From Promethearchaeota archaeon (GTDB taxonomy: Archaea > Asgardarchaeota > Lokiarchaeia > Sigyniarchaeales > SOKP01): a stretch of DNA of 64,000 nucleotides. The notes under the pieces were generated by a model. It saw only the letters and a list, made by a program, of their open reading frames with translations, was not told the DNA's origin and searched no databases. The position numbers were made by a program, and so were the translations under genes. This document shows positions 19,524 to 29,623 of the stretch, piece by piece. The stretch covers positions 1 through 64,000 of the forward strand of contig JAHLWS010000079.1 of assembly GCA_019057795.1 (NCBI GenBank), given 5' to 3'. The stretch's first letter is position 1. Every line of letters begins with the position of its first letter.

Positions 19524-21848
19524 CTAATTAATATCTTTAAAATACTTTCTCTTATTTTTAGATAACTTAATCTTCTTTCTGGGCTTAGAATTAGGCCCTT
19601 TCTTAGTATGATACCATTGATTCCAACTTGAATAATTTGAGCTCCATTCTATAAGTCGCTCTCTCTGATTTTCAGTATCCTTTTTAGATTGTTGATAACT
19701 CTCGAAACATTCTACAAAAAACCCTTGTGAATTTAAGATTTGTCGGATCTCTTTTATCTCTTCCTTTGAAAATACATTAAAATATTCCAGCATGAATGTC
19801 ATAAAATGTTTCACGCTTCGACATAATTTAATTAGAGCAGTCTTGGAGCCAATAACTTTTTGATATATACACCAAAATCCTAAGAAATTTAAGATAATTT
19901 CACCGTCTAACTCTCCTTCATCTAACAATTGTTCAAGATCAGGATATTTACAACGTGAAATTACATAATTTAAAAATTTTATCGCGTGGTTTTTTTTCTC
20001 TTCTCTATTCTGCTTATTTAGATCTTTTTCAGATAAGTAGGACTCATATTCCGAGATAAGGCTATCTCTTAAACGCATTCTTTCTTTTTCATCTTCCAAA
20101 AATTCAATCCTTCTTGAAATCGTTTCTTTTACTGAATCATCGATTTCTAAACCTTTTATATATAATGATTTGGCTTTTTCAAAATTGAAATAATTCTTTC
20201 GAAAATGTGAATATTGGTCGCCCCAGCCAATATATCCCCAAGGATTCTTGGGAAATCTTTCGACTAGGTCTTTAAACTCCTTTTCACCCTCTTCTATTAG
20301 ATCTAAAGCAAATAACGCGTCTGCTATATATCTCAGGACGTTGTGAATGAAGAGATCACTCGAATCGGGAAAATATTCCAGTAATTCTCGGCATATTTTA
20401 ATCAATTCCTGGAGTAAACTGGCGTTCCATAATGCCATCATGAGATCTTGGCTCCAATCCATGATATATTCAAAGAAATGATATATACCATCAGCATCTT
20501 TTATATCTTTTATTTCGAGCTTAAATCTTTCTCTTAAATATTCCCATGCTTCAAGCCAGACCTTGCTTGCCTTCTCATCCTCTTGATTATCGACAAATTC
20601 ATAACCCCTTTCCATCATCTCATCTATTTTCTCGGAATTGATAATATCGGGAGCCAACCTTTCCCATAAGATTGTCGCAGCTAAGAAAAGGAAATCTAAT
20701 TCGATACACTCAGGATCGATCGAGTATGAGGTTTCCCAATTCTTTACCAATTCTTCCACAGAATAAAAACGATGTACATCCAATAAAAATTGCTCCTTTT
20801 TAAATTCAATGCCGTAATCTCTCAATTCTTTAATAATTTCTTCAGTCGTGAAAGATTCAACTCGCTCCATTGTAAAATGGGGAATGATGTTTAAATTATG
20901 TTTTAGCATTTTCCAGCGCACGTATGAGTTTAATTTTTCCTCATCCTCCATGTCTATTCCAGCTTCCATGGCTTCCATCAATGTGGTCTTCATAAAACCC
21001 CAATTTGCTGGAATTAAAGCTACTTCCACTAATAAATCACTCATTTGGTAAATGCTCATCCTAAGTTGCTCCGCAAGTGTATCTGTTATAATCCCCTTAT
21101 TCTTAAGAAATGGTATATAAGCCATTAAAACGGGCACAATGGCTTTAAAATATTCCTGGTCGGTCACGATTTTTTTTGGAAGCACATCGAGACAGATATA
21201 TTCAAGAGCTGATGGTTCCCACTCTTCATGCATCTGAAGAAAGTACATATACATATATTCCGTGACGTTATATATGACCCAGTATGTCTCATTAATTTGA
21301 ATGCTTGAGAGGTTTCTTGATTCACTGCTATTAATAAAAGTATCGATCAAATTTTCGGTTTTTTTCATGAGTTTATCCAATTTTTTTTCCGAATAAGGGA
21401 TCTCAGAAAAAGGGATTTGATCGGTATCTCTTTGAAATATTTCCTTAGCTTCTTTCATTTTATTTGATGATGGCGTTGGATTAATGGTATACGATTTCAG
21501 AATTTCCTTCGCAATGGATTTCTGCAAGATGTCTTGCAAAGATAAATAATTGATAAAATTGGTGATAATAGATTGAGTTTTAAGAAAAGTGACCCCCGAA
21601 AGTTCGGGCCAATGAGTAGGAGCTAATTTTTGCATAAAAGTATTTATGAAATCGACGTTAAATCGAGTGCGGTTGAATTTATTGTTGTTATGTTTGATGT
21701 ATTCCTTTAAAAACAATATAATTACTTTTTTTGTTAGCTTTAATTCTTGATTTGGGATATTATTTTTTTTTAAAGTGGCAATATATCTTGGAAATGTTAT
21801 CTTGCACTCTTCCATGAAAGTCTTTACATTGAAGATTGATTTATCCAT
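19524..21848 (-). CDS. Large acidic alpha-helical protein with TPR-like repeats
   Basis: YIADALFAL...FPKNPWGYIGWGDQY TPR pair; helical composition. Confidence 0.75.
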   Translation of the reverse strand: MDKSIFNVKTFMEECKITFPRYIATLKKNNIPNQELKLTKKVIILFLKEYIKHNNNKFNRTRFNVDFINTFMQKLAPTHWPELSGVTFLKTQSIITNFINYLSLQDILQKSIAKEILKSYTINPTPSSNKMKEAKEIFQRDTDQIPFSEIPYSEKKLDKLMKKTENLIDTFINSSESRNLSSIQINETYWVIYNVTEYMYMYFLQMHEEWEPSALEYICLDVLPKKIVTDQEYFKAIVPVLMAYIPFLKNKGIITDTLAEQLRMSIYQMSDLLVEVALIPANWGFMKTTLMEAMEAGIDMEDEEKLNSYVRWKMLKHNLNIIPHFTMERVESFTTEEIIKELRDYGIEFKKEQFLLDVHRFYSVEELVKNWETSYSIDPECIELDFLFLAATILWERLAPDIINSEKIDEMMERGYEFVDNQEDEKASKVWLEAWEYLRERFKLEIKDIKDADGIYHFFEYIMDWSQDLMMALWNASLLQELIKICRELLEYFPDSSDLFIHNVLRYIADALFALDLIEEGEKEFKDLVERFPKNPWGYIGWGDQYSHFRKNYFNFEKAKSLYIKGLEIDDSVKETISRRIEFLEDEKERMRLRDSLISEYESYLSEKDLNKQNREEKKNHAIKFLNYVISRCKYPDLEQLLDEGELDGEIILNFLGFWCIYQKVIGSKTALIKLCRSVKHFMTFMLEYFNVFSKEEIKEIRQILNSQGFFVECFESYQQSKKDTENQRERLIEWSSNYSSWNQWYHTKKGPNSKPRKKIKLSKNKRKYFKDIN

Positions 21849-21945
21849 GAATGTTAAAGGATCGGTATTAGATTAAAAATCATTTGATATTCCGTTAATA
21901 ATCTTAAGGAAATAGTTAAAAATAATTCAAAAGGAGGATAAAAGA

Positions 21946-22233
21946 ATGACAAAACAGATGAATTTAAGGTTAGATGAGGAATTAATCAAGGAATTTGAAG
22001 AACTTGCCGAAAACGAAAATCTTGACCACTCAGCACTAATAAAGAAAGTATTAATAGAAGGAATTCAACAGGAACGATTCAGTTTTGCTATAAAAAAATA
22101 CGTGCTGCAAGAAATTTCACTTGAGAGAGCAGCAGAAATCGCAAAAATATCTATTCATGAGTTAATTGCCAAAATCAGCCAATTAGGAATTCCATCTAAT
22201 TTGACTATAGAGGATTTCAGAAAATTAATATAA
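21946..22233 (+). CDS. UPF0175/RHH antitoxin, orphan near-identical copy of 39222-39509
   Basis: MNLRLDEE...ISLERAAEIAKIS; GGAGG SD; only the last ~30 bp of the PIN partner are retained upstream. Confidence 0.88.
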   Translation: MTKQMNLRLDEELIKEFEELAENENLDHSALIKKVLIEGIQQERFSFAIKKYVLQEISLERAAEIAKISIHELIAKISQLGIPSNLTIEDFRKLI

Positions 22234-22239
22234 AGCAAT

Positions 22240-22405
22240 TGATAGATTGGTGAGAAAAAAGCTATAAATTTAGCACAAATTCTTAAGATTGAGCATCAAA
22301 CGACCTTAACAACCATGTTGGAACTACTAATTGCAGGAATTATTAATTCTTCAGAATATATTTCAAATGTAAAAAAGTATGCTGAAGATAGTTGGGTTTC
22401 AGAAG
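22240..22405 (+). pseudogene. Degraded PIN-domain gene fragment
   Basis: GEKKAINLA-like segment; shares GAATATATTTCAAATGTAAAAAAGTATGCTGAAGA with the fragment at ~39603. Confidence 0.6.
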
Positions 22406-22447
22406 TTGGAAATTGCATTAAAAGAATATCTTAACTACTTTTTTTCT

Positions 22448-22936
22448 TTACCACTTAATTTCTTCACCTAAACGTTTCTGTGGCCAGATCCAATACATTT
22501 TCCTTTTTTTAACACCTTTTTCTTCCAATTCTTTAAATAATTTTGTTCTAGAATCTCGTAAATAGTTGTTTTGATCGTATAAAATAATCCCCTCATCAAG
22601 AATGCTTAAGATTAAATCTCTTTTATTCTCAATTGATTTTTTAAATTCAGATTTTCTCATCCAAATGGAGTCGATACCTGATAAGGAGAGTCCCATTAAT
22701 GTTAATTTAAGATTAGTTCGTTCTCTATGATCGATTGGCAATTGGTTATCCGCGAAAATAACAAGCAGATCAATATCACTTATCTTATCAGCGGAAAATT
22801 CTGCATTTTCAGTAGCCAAAGATCCAAACAATACGATTCCTACTATTTCTTTTTCACTCTTAAATAAGCTTTCCAAATATTCTGTTAAAGATGAAGCAAA
22901 ATAATCAATTTTTATGAAAGAAAGGTCTATATCCAT
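22448..22936 (-). CDS. Minimal nucleotidyltransferase (MNT antitoxin)
   Basis: IVLFGSLA...SDIDLLV. Confidence 0.9.
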   Translation of the reverse strand: MDIDLSFIKIDYFASSLTEYLESLFKSEKEIVGIVLFGSLATENAEFSADKISDIDLLVIFADNQLPIDHRERTNLKLTLMGLSLSGIDSIWMRKSEFKKSIENKRDLILSILDEGIILYDQNNYLRDSRTKLFKELEEKGVKKRKMYWIWPQKRLGEEIKW

Positions 22937-23448
22937 TTAATAATATCCTCCTTTATATCTTTCAGAATCTTTAAATCTTTAAATTCAGTTTTAGGAATTT
23001 GGAAAACATCTTGAATTATAACAATATAAAGTGAAATAATCTTTTCCAAATTAATAATAAAAGGTTTTATATCTTCTAAAGAAGTATAAATTTCTTCTGC
23101 TACTAAAAACTCATCTTCTTTATAAAACCCGTATCTTGTTTTTGTACCTTCTTCTTCAAATATTAATGAGTATGTAATGATCTCTTTAATCAATTCCTCA
23201 GATTTCTCATCAAATGTCCTATAATCTTTATCTTTAAGGACATCTTTTAAAATTTTTGTGGGTTCATGAGTTTTTTGAATCTTTACACCTAATAAAACTA
23301 AAATTGACTTATTTAGCTTTTCTACAGCGAACTGACTCCGAAATGCTACATCAGCAAAATCTTCAACTTCTAGAGCTTTTAAAAATCTTTTAATGTCTGC
23401 TATTGCTGAAATAATCCATTTTTCTGCTAATGATATATTTGTTTTCAT
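22927..23448 (-). CDS. HEPN-domain protein (partner of the MNT)
   Basis: W...A..D, AFRSQFAVEK, KTHE, TRY motifs; overlaps the MNT start. Confidence 0.88.
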   Translation of the reverse strand: MKTNISLAEKWIISAIADIKRFLKALEVEDFADVAFRSQFAVEKLNKSILVLLGVKIQKTHEPTKILKDVLKDKDYRTFDEKSEELIKEIITYSLIFEEEGTKTRYGFYKEDEFLVAEEIYTSLEDIKPFIINLEKIISLYIVIIQDVFQIPKTEFKDLKILKDIKEDIIKWI

Positions 23449-23726
23449 TTTCTCTAAACTTTAATATCAATTAATACCTTATAAAACCTCTCAAATTTAA
23501 ACCTTGAAAAGATTATTCATAAAGTTAACTTTAAAAGTCTCATATTTATGAAAATGTCCAATTAATTTAATATTAAATAAATATATCTCTTTAAAAAAAT
23601 CTTATTTCAAATTTTATATATAAATCATTATTGTTGTTTGGGTTTTTTTCAATAAACCTAATATATAAGGCTTTACTATTTTGTAACTTAGTTTTTTAAA
23701 GCAAAAAAATTACATAGTGAAATAAC

Positions 23727-24650
23727 ATGGAACAAAAAAGAGAGAAAGTGAAATGTCCGGTTTGCGATTTTAAATTTATTCCAGAATCTTTTCATTTTGA
23801 AAAAACAAGTTATGATCAGGTAGAAAGTAAAGGGGAACTTATAGAATTTCCAAATGGAAAACATCAGCTTGAGCTGAAGCCATTCACTTCGATTCGGGGG
23901 TCATTTGTAACTTATTGTCCTCAATGTAAATATCTGATAAAATTTGCTGCGGAAATAGGCAGAAAAGAAGTAGTAGAAGACCCCTCTCTTATAAAAAAAT
24001 TGGGTGCGATTAAGGAATTTGGGAATGTATATAAATATAAGTATGATCCAAGTGAGAAACCCTACATGGATTATTCAGATTATTTTTTAGAAAAAGCAGA
24101 TAATATTAAAAAAAGCATTAAAAATGCTTTAGATGAAGTTAATTTGGTTCAATGGGGTACCTCCTATAACCAATGGAAAGAGAATAAATCTATTGACTCG
24201 TTCAAATTCTTGATACACTTCTTTTCTACTTTAATAGATTATTTAGATTCTCAAGTTGATGATTCTGATAACAAGACAGTTATACAAAAAATAGAAGAAA
24301 TAAATCTATCGAAGAACCTTGAGATATTAATTAAAAAAGTAAGAGAATTACGGAATAAAATAACGCATAGAGTTTATGAATTAAGTGAGGAGGAGGAAGA
24401 ATTAGTTGAGAACTCCTTTACTCAATTCATGAAATATTTAATACTGAAACAATTAACTCCTTTAAATCTAAACAAGATTAACATTGAGCAAGATTATAAC
24501 TTCATTGATATAAATAAAATCAATTACGAAATCTTAAGATTTCTCCATTTATATTTAGGAAATTTGTTGCATATAAAAAATTTTTATCATGAATTTCTAA
24601 CCCCGTTATTTAAAGATCTTAAAATACAATACTCTGATTATAACCCCTAA
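23727..24650 (+). CDS. Zn-finger protein with a putative HEPN (RxxxxH) domain
   Basis: CPVC...CPQC; VRELRNKITH within a helical domain. Confidence 0.65.
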   Translation: MEQKREKVKCPVCDFKFIPESFHFEKTSYDQVESKGELIEFPNGKHQLELKPFTSIRGSFVTYCPQCKYLIKFAAEIGRKEVVEDPSLIKKLGAIKEFGNVYKYKYDPSEKPYMDYSDYFLEKADNIKKSIKNALDEVNLVQWGTSYNQWKENKSIDSFKFLIHFFSTLIDYLDSQVDDSDNKTVIQKIEEINLSKNLEILIKKVRELRNKITHRVYELSEEEEELVENSFTQFMKYLILKQLTPLNLNKINIEQDYNFIDINKINYEILRFLHLYLGNLLHIKNFYHEFLTPLFKDLKIQYSDYNP

Positions 24651-24712
24651 AGTTTTTTTTTCTTTTTACTTATTTCAGGTAAGTTCAAGAAAGATATATG
24701 ATTTTTCTGAAA

Positions 24713-24744
24713 TTTTATTTTCTTAAATTAAAAGTAAATTTACA
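24713..24744 (-). repeat. Fourth remnant of the helicase-Zn-ribbon gene 3' end (CKFTFNLRK*)
   Basis: TTTTATTTTCTTAAATTAAAAGTAAATTTACAA matches 14981-15013. Confidence 0.75.
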
Positions 24745-24890
24745 AACCTTTTTAAAAAATCTCCTATAATAATTAAACCTGATTATATAACTACACAATA
24801 GCTAGAATTTAGCTTGAAAATATGTTAGGACACGCCGAAGACATTTATTGGCGCTGGTAAAAGAAGTAGAAAAACTAATTTATTTTTATT

Positions 24891-25799
24891 TTAATGATTT
24901 ATAATAACCTCATAGGAATGTTGTTCAAACAGCTTAGTGATTTCATTTAAATTTTCATCTGTTAAATCTCCCATATCCTTATATAAGTCTCCCATTCCAA
25001 CTTTCTCATACTTTGTTTTTGTTAGTTTGTTATACGGCATTAAATGTATTTGACCATTGTAATTAATTTCAAGTAAAAAGGTTATTATATGTTGAATTGT
25101 ACTTACATCTGTATTAACTCCCGGGATTAAAGGGATGCGGGGTATGATTCTTTCACTCCCTACTTTAGAGAGAATTTTAGAGAAATTTGTGAGAATCTTT
25201 TCGTTAGATACATCAGTAAATTCCTTATGCTTTTCATTATCAATCAATTTGATATCAAATAGGAATAAATCTACGTATTTAACTAATTCGCCGATTAAAT
25301 CTTCATTAAAGTACCCACATGTTTCTATTGCAGCGTGTATCCCTTGTTTTTTTAATGCTTTAAGTAGTTCTAAAAGAAAATTGATTTGCATGGTAGGTTC
25401 TCCCCCGGAAATAGTTGCGCCTCCACCAGAATTATCGTAAAAGGGTTTATCCCTTACTACAATTTCTACTAGTTCTTCGAGGGAGATATTCCTACCGACA
25501 ATTTCCATCACTTGGTTCGGGCACTTTTCAGAGCAAATTCCACACATAGTACAGAGGGCTTTATCTCTCTTAATTTCGTCAATTAATAACTGAAGAGCAT
25601 TATTAGGGCACGCATTAACGCAAATTTCACATAGTTGACATTTCTCTTTAAAATAAGATATTAGAGGATTAAGTTTTTGTGATTCTGGATTTTGGCACCA
25701 ATCACACTTTAGAGGGCATCCTTTCAAAAAAATTATAGTTCTAATACCAGGACCATCATATATTGCATAATTTTGAACGTCAAATATTATACCTTTCAT
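24891..25799 (-). CDS. Glycyl-radical enzyme activating enzyme (radical SAM with ferredoxin insert)
   Basis: DGPGIRT, GCPLKCDWCQNPE, two CxxCxxCxxxCP motifs, SGGEP. Confidence 0.96.
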   Translation of the reverse strand: MKGIIFDVQNYAIYDGPGIRTIIFLKGCPLKCDWCQNPESQKLNPLISYFKEKCQLCEICVNACPNNALQLLIDEIKRDKALCTMCGICSEKCPNQVMEIVGRNISLEELVEIVVRDKPFYDNSGGGATISGGEPTMQINFLLELLKALKKQGIHAAIETCGYFNEDLIGELVKYVDLFLFDIKLIDNEKHKEFTDVSNEKILTNFSKILSKVGSERIIPRIPLIPGVNTDVSTIQHIITFLLEINYNGQIHLMPYNKLTKTKYEKVGMGDLYKDMGDLTDENLNEITKLFEQHSYEVIINH

Positions 25800-25807
25800 T
25801 TAAATGT

Positions 25808-28393
25808 TTAAACCCTAGTATGTTCTGTTCTAGAAATGATCTCCTCTTGAATTTCAATTCCTAAGTCAGTGAAATAAGCGGAGTACCCTCCAACTTTAAC
25901 GATTATATTCCTATACGGTTCTGGGTTTTGCTGAGCTGCTTTTAGCATTTCTGTAGATACAACAGTAGGTTGAAGCTGTTGACCTCCTAAATTAAAGTAA
26001 GTTTTTATAAGAGAAATCCACTTTTTTCTAGTTTCTCTTGTTTTTCCAATCCCAGATGGATGCATTCTTATGTTAACTGCACAGCCGCAAACATGCTGAA
26101 AATCAAGAGCAGCTACTGATCGAATGACGCCTGTTGGTCCATTCTTCTCAACATTGTATGGATTACAGCTTGCTGCAAATGGTTTTCCTGCAAGTCTACC
26201 ATCTGGCGTTGCGATACCTATTCGCCCATCGTATGTGTGAGAAGTCATTGATATAATAAAGGGAGCATAAACTCCACCTCTATAAGTTTTATAATTATAA
26301 GTTTCTTCAAATATCCGTGTGGTAACTTCTCGAGCAAGTTCATCACATTCTGGGTTTCCATTCCCCCATTTTCCATCAAGGTCCATAATCATTTTATGGA
26401 TTGTTTGATAATTATCAGTGAAATTATTATCAATTGCTTGTATTAGTTCTTTAAAATCGAATTTTTTTTGCTCAAAGATTAGTTTTTTAATTACATATAA
26501 TGAATCAACCATATTTGCAATACTATTCATTATAAGAATTCCTTCCGCATCGTAAAAAGCACCTCCTTGAGTTACATCTTTTTTCCTTTTAAAGCATCCT
26601 CGCATGAATGCAGATATGAAAGGTGCTGGAAAATAATTGGCAAATAGTTTATCACGTATAGTAGTGGCTTCTACAATTTTCTGAATAACAAAATTTAATT
26701 GTTGGTAAAAAGCATCGAGAAATTCGTCGAATGTATCAAAGTTATCTGGATTTCCTGTCTTCAATCCTACATTATTTACTAAGCCCCCGATTGTTAAGCA
26801 GTTGCCATTCCGAAGAGTCATATCAAGAGTTCTACACAATAAAAGAGCAGAAAAACCAATTCCTCCTGTTTTCCCTGGGCTACACATATCTACACATCCA
26901 GTGATTGAATAAGCATTTGCATCTTTTTCTGTAATACCTCGATTCTTTAATGCTTCAATACATACATTATCATTTAATATAGATATACTTGAATATCCAT
27001 TGTATTGGATTTCAGCAACCTTCATATATAGTTCTTCAGGACTTTTATCATGAAAACGAACAGCAAAATTAAGAGAGGCTTTTGATCTGTCTGCTGCTTC
27101 TAATATTAAATAAGTAAGTTCGTTTGTGGTATCCTTTCCCTCTTCATTTAAACCTCCTACTGTTACCGGTTCTGAACCTTCAAATCGTTGGCTAAAATCA
27201 CTCACAGCGTTAGAATAAGGACGGATATTATGACTCATTATATTCAGAACTAACTCTTCAAGTAATTCTCGCGCTTCTTCTCGAGTGATAAGACCTTTTT
27301 TAATATCTGAATGGTAAAAAGGATAAAAAAGTTGATCTAAACGACCTGGTCCATGCACATTAAAGGGTATGGCTAAATCCACAGTTGTTTTAACAATCCA
27401 AAATGTTTGTAATGCTTCACGAAATGTAGTTGGAGGAAAAGTTGAGATTCGTTTACATGTTTCATACATATCTGAAAGTACTTTTTTTCTATCAACATTG
27501 TTAGTCTTACTTAATTCTTCTTTTACCTTTTCTGCCAATCTACGCGAATAAATCAATACAGCCTCAATTGTTATTTCAATAGACCGTAAGAAATCTTTTT
27601 GTTCATCAGTTAAATCCTTATTTTTTTCTATCTCATCCTGGACTTCCTTCTGCATAGTTAAGAGTCCTTTTTTCAAGACCGTTTCAAAATCAAGAACTAA
27701 ATGACCTTGCCATGTGCCAATTACCGCACAGGGGGATATAACTATATCATTTTGAGCTGTTTTTAAAGGTAGGTGAGATAAAAATTCATACGATTCACCT
27801 GTATATACATCAGAATTAGCATATTCTTTCTCTAGAATATCAGCGAGTGTTTTATTTTTCCAATAAGGAATAAGTTCTTCCAATAGAATTTTTTTATCTT
27901 CTTCTCGAATTTTATACGGATTGATTTTTCTCTTATCAAGAGTATCAGTTCCAAGAGTTGTAATAGGAGCCCCTATTTTTTTAGTTTTTTCAAGTAATTC
28001 AAGAAGACCATCAGGTCCAATTTTATTTATCATATATAACATGTAGTTTTTATTACTTTCTTTCATATACTTGTTCATTGTTTTTGTATCAAGTTCAACT
28101 TCAAAAACTTTGTTCCATATTCCACGTTCTATGTCAATAGGTATTCCGATAAAATTTTCTGTCCATTTTCCTGCGATTCGATCATCAGGATCTAAATAGA
28201 TCGTCACATTTTTAAGAACATTCTTCATTGAAAGAGCAACTCTTACACCAAGAGATAACTCCTTATTTTCAGTTTCCTTCCATTTCTCTGTATAAAGTTG
28301 TGCTCTCTCTATAGAAATTAAAGGAATCTCATCAAGGAATCTTCTTCTTATTCTTTTTATTCTCTCACTCGCATTATCAATTAATTCAATAAT
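25808..28393 (-). CDS. Glycyl radical enzyme (PflD-like, substrate unknown)
   Basis: GRLDQ, Cys loop GCVD, ATPDGR, Gly loop IVKVGGYSAYF; conserved N-terminus (ERIKRIR...ISIERA) extends 55 codons upstream of the track ATG to ATT 28393/28390 behind AAGGTGG. Confidence 0.93.
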   Translation of the reverse strand: MIELIDNASERIKRIRRRFLDEIPLISIERAQLYTEKWKETENKELSLGVRVALSMKNVLKNVTIYLDPDDRIAGKWTENFIGIPIDIERGIWNKVFEVELDTKTMNKYMKESNKNYMLYMINKIGPDGLLELLEKTKKIGAPITTLGTDTLDKRKINPYKIREEDKKILLEELIPYWKNKTLADILEKEYANSDVYTGESYEFLSHLPLKTAQNDIVISPCAVIGTWQGHLVLDFETVLKKGLLTMQKEVQDEIEKNKDLTDEQKDFLRSIEITIEAVLIYSRRLAEKVKEELSKTNNVDRKKVLSDMYETCKRISTFPPTTFREALQTFWIVKTTVDLAIPFNVHGPGRLDQLFYPFYHSDIKKGLITREEARELLEELVLNIMSHNIRPYSNAVSDFSQRFEGSEPVTVGGLNEEGKDTTNELTYLILEAADRSKASLNFAVRFHDKSPEELYMKVAEIQYNGYSSISILNDNVCIEALKNRGITEKDANAYSITGCVDMCSPGKTGGIGFSALLLCRTLDMTLRNGNCLTIGGLVNNVGLKTGNPDNFDTFDEFLDAFYQQLNFVIQKIVEATTIRDKLFANYFPAPFISAFMRGCFKRKKDVTQGGAFYDAEGILIMNSIANMVDSLYVIKKLIFEQKKFDFKELIQAIDNNFTDNYQTIHKMIMDLDGKWGNGNPECDELAREVTTRIFEETYNYKTYRGGVYAPFIISMTSHTYDGRIGIATPDGRLAGKPFAASCNPYNVEKNGPTGVIRSVAALDFQHVCGCAVNIRMHPSGIGKTRETRKKWISLIKTYFNLGGQQLQPTVVSTEMLKAAQQNPEPYRNIIVKVGGYSAYFTDLGIEIQEEIISRTEHTRV

Positions 28394-28962
28394 TTTTATC
28401 CCACCTTAAAATAAACTGTTAGAGAATCGAAATTCTATGAAATTGCTAAATATAACATAAATTTTCTTAAAATTAATTAAAAGCTATTAAGTAGAAATAT
28501 TTATAATTTTCTATTTTGGAAGAAAGTAAGAGTTTTTTTCTCCACTTGTTATAAATCAATGTTTTTTACAAAATGGTAGAAGCAGTAACTAGCGGATGGA
28601 ATTGTCTTAAATTTTGAAAAACTGTAATTACCGTAATTTGCAACTCTAGAGGAATATTTATTAATTATTTCTTTTCTAATTAAAGAATTTATTTAATCTC
28701 TTTTATCTAAAAAAGACTTTTGTAAAAAACTTATTAGCACGATAGAAAGATCTATATATTAAATCATTAAATAATTTTACTGCTGTTTCATAACATCATG
28801 TAATTGAGGAAATATTAGAAGTTATAATATAAAAAAAAGATGCATCTAGAAAAACCTAAAACCTTAAATATTTAGAATTCCTAAATACTTTAAGCGAAGT
28901 AATACATGTAGTTTCGAAATAAATATAATTGATATCTAATAAATTAACAATGGAGTAAAAAA

Positions 28963-29523
28963 ATGGAGTTTTTTCCCCAATTAGAATTTGGATTATTAAA
29001 TGGATTAGTGTTTATAATAATATTTGGATTAATTGAATTAATTATTATAATAACTTGTCCAAAAGATGTTAAATTAAGGCTTTTTGATAGAAAAAATTGG
29101 ACTAAGACACAAATCATATTGACGGGAATTGGTAAAGTATTCAGTATAATTAATCTCATTTTAATTGTCCTTATGCCATTAAAAATTGGAACTGTTGAAT
29201 TTTTAATAGGTTTAATATTTTTTCTAATAGGATTAACTGGATTTGCTATAGCATTATTCAATTTTAAAAACGCACCATTAAATCAACCAATCACATCAGG
29301 TTTATATAAAATATCTCGGAATCCTCAAATGGTAATGATGTATTTGATCTTTTTTGGAATGATATTAATGATTGGATCATGGTTTAATTTAATTCTCTTA
29401 GTAGCTTCAATTTCTTGTGTACATTTCAGCATTTTAGCAGAGGAAAAAAGACTTACAGACCAATACAAGGAACAGTATTTAGAATATAAGAAAAAGGTAT
29501 CAAGATATTTTTTATTCTTTTAA
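28963..29523 (+). CDS. Isoprenylcysteine carboxyl methyltransferase / PEMT family membrane protein
   Basis: ITSGLYKISRNPQ, EEKRL...Y.EYKKKVSRY. Confidence 0.9.
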   Translation: MEFFPQLEFGLLNGLVFIIIFGLIELIIIITCPKDVKLRLFDRKNWTKTQIILTGIGKVFSIINLILIVLMPLKIGTVEFLIGLIFFLIGLTGFAIALFNFKNAPLNQPITSGLYKISRNPQMVMMYLIFFGMILMIGSWFNLILLVASISCVHFSILAEEKRLTDQYKEQYLEYKKKVSRYFLFF

Positions 29524-29623
29524 AATAATTTGTTTTAACAACTTCAAAATGCTCTAAAATCATGATAAATTAACTAATACTTATAAATAATATAACGATT
29601 CAACGTTTCAAATGGGTGATGTA

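Noticed and set aside
25808-28393. Annotation as pyruvate formate-lyase (pflB)
   Set aside because: Lacks the adjacent Cys-Cys pair, and the activase has a ferredoxin insert that PflA lacks
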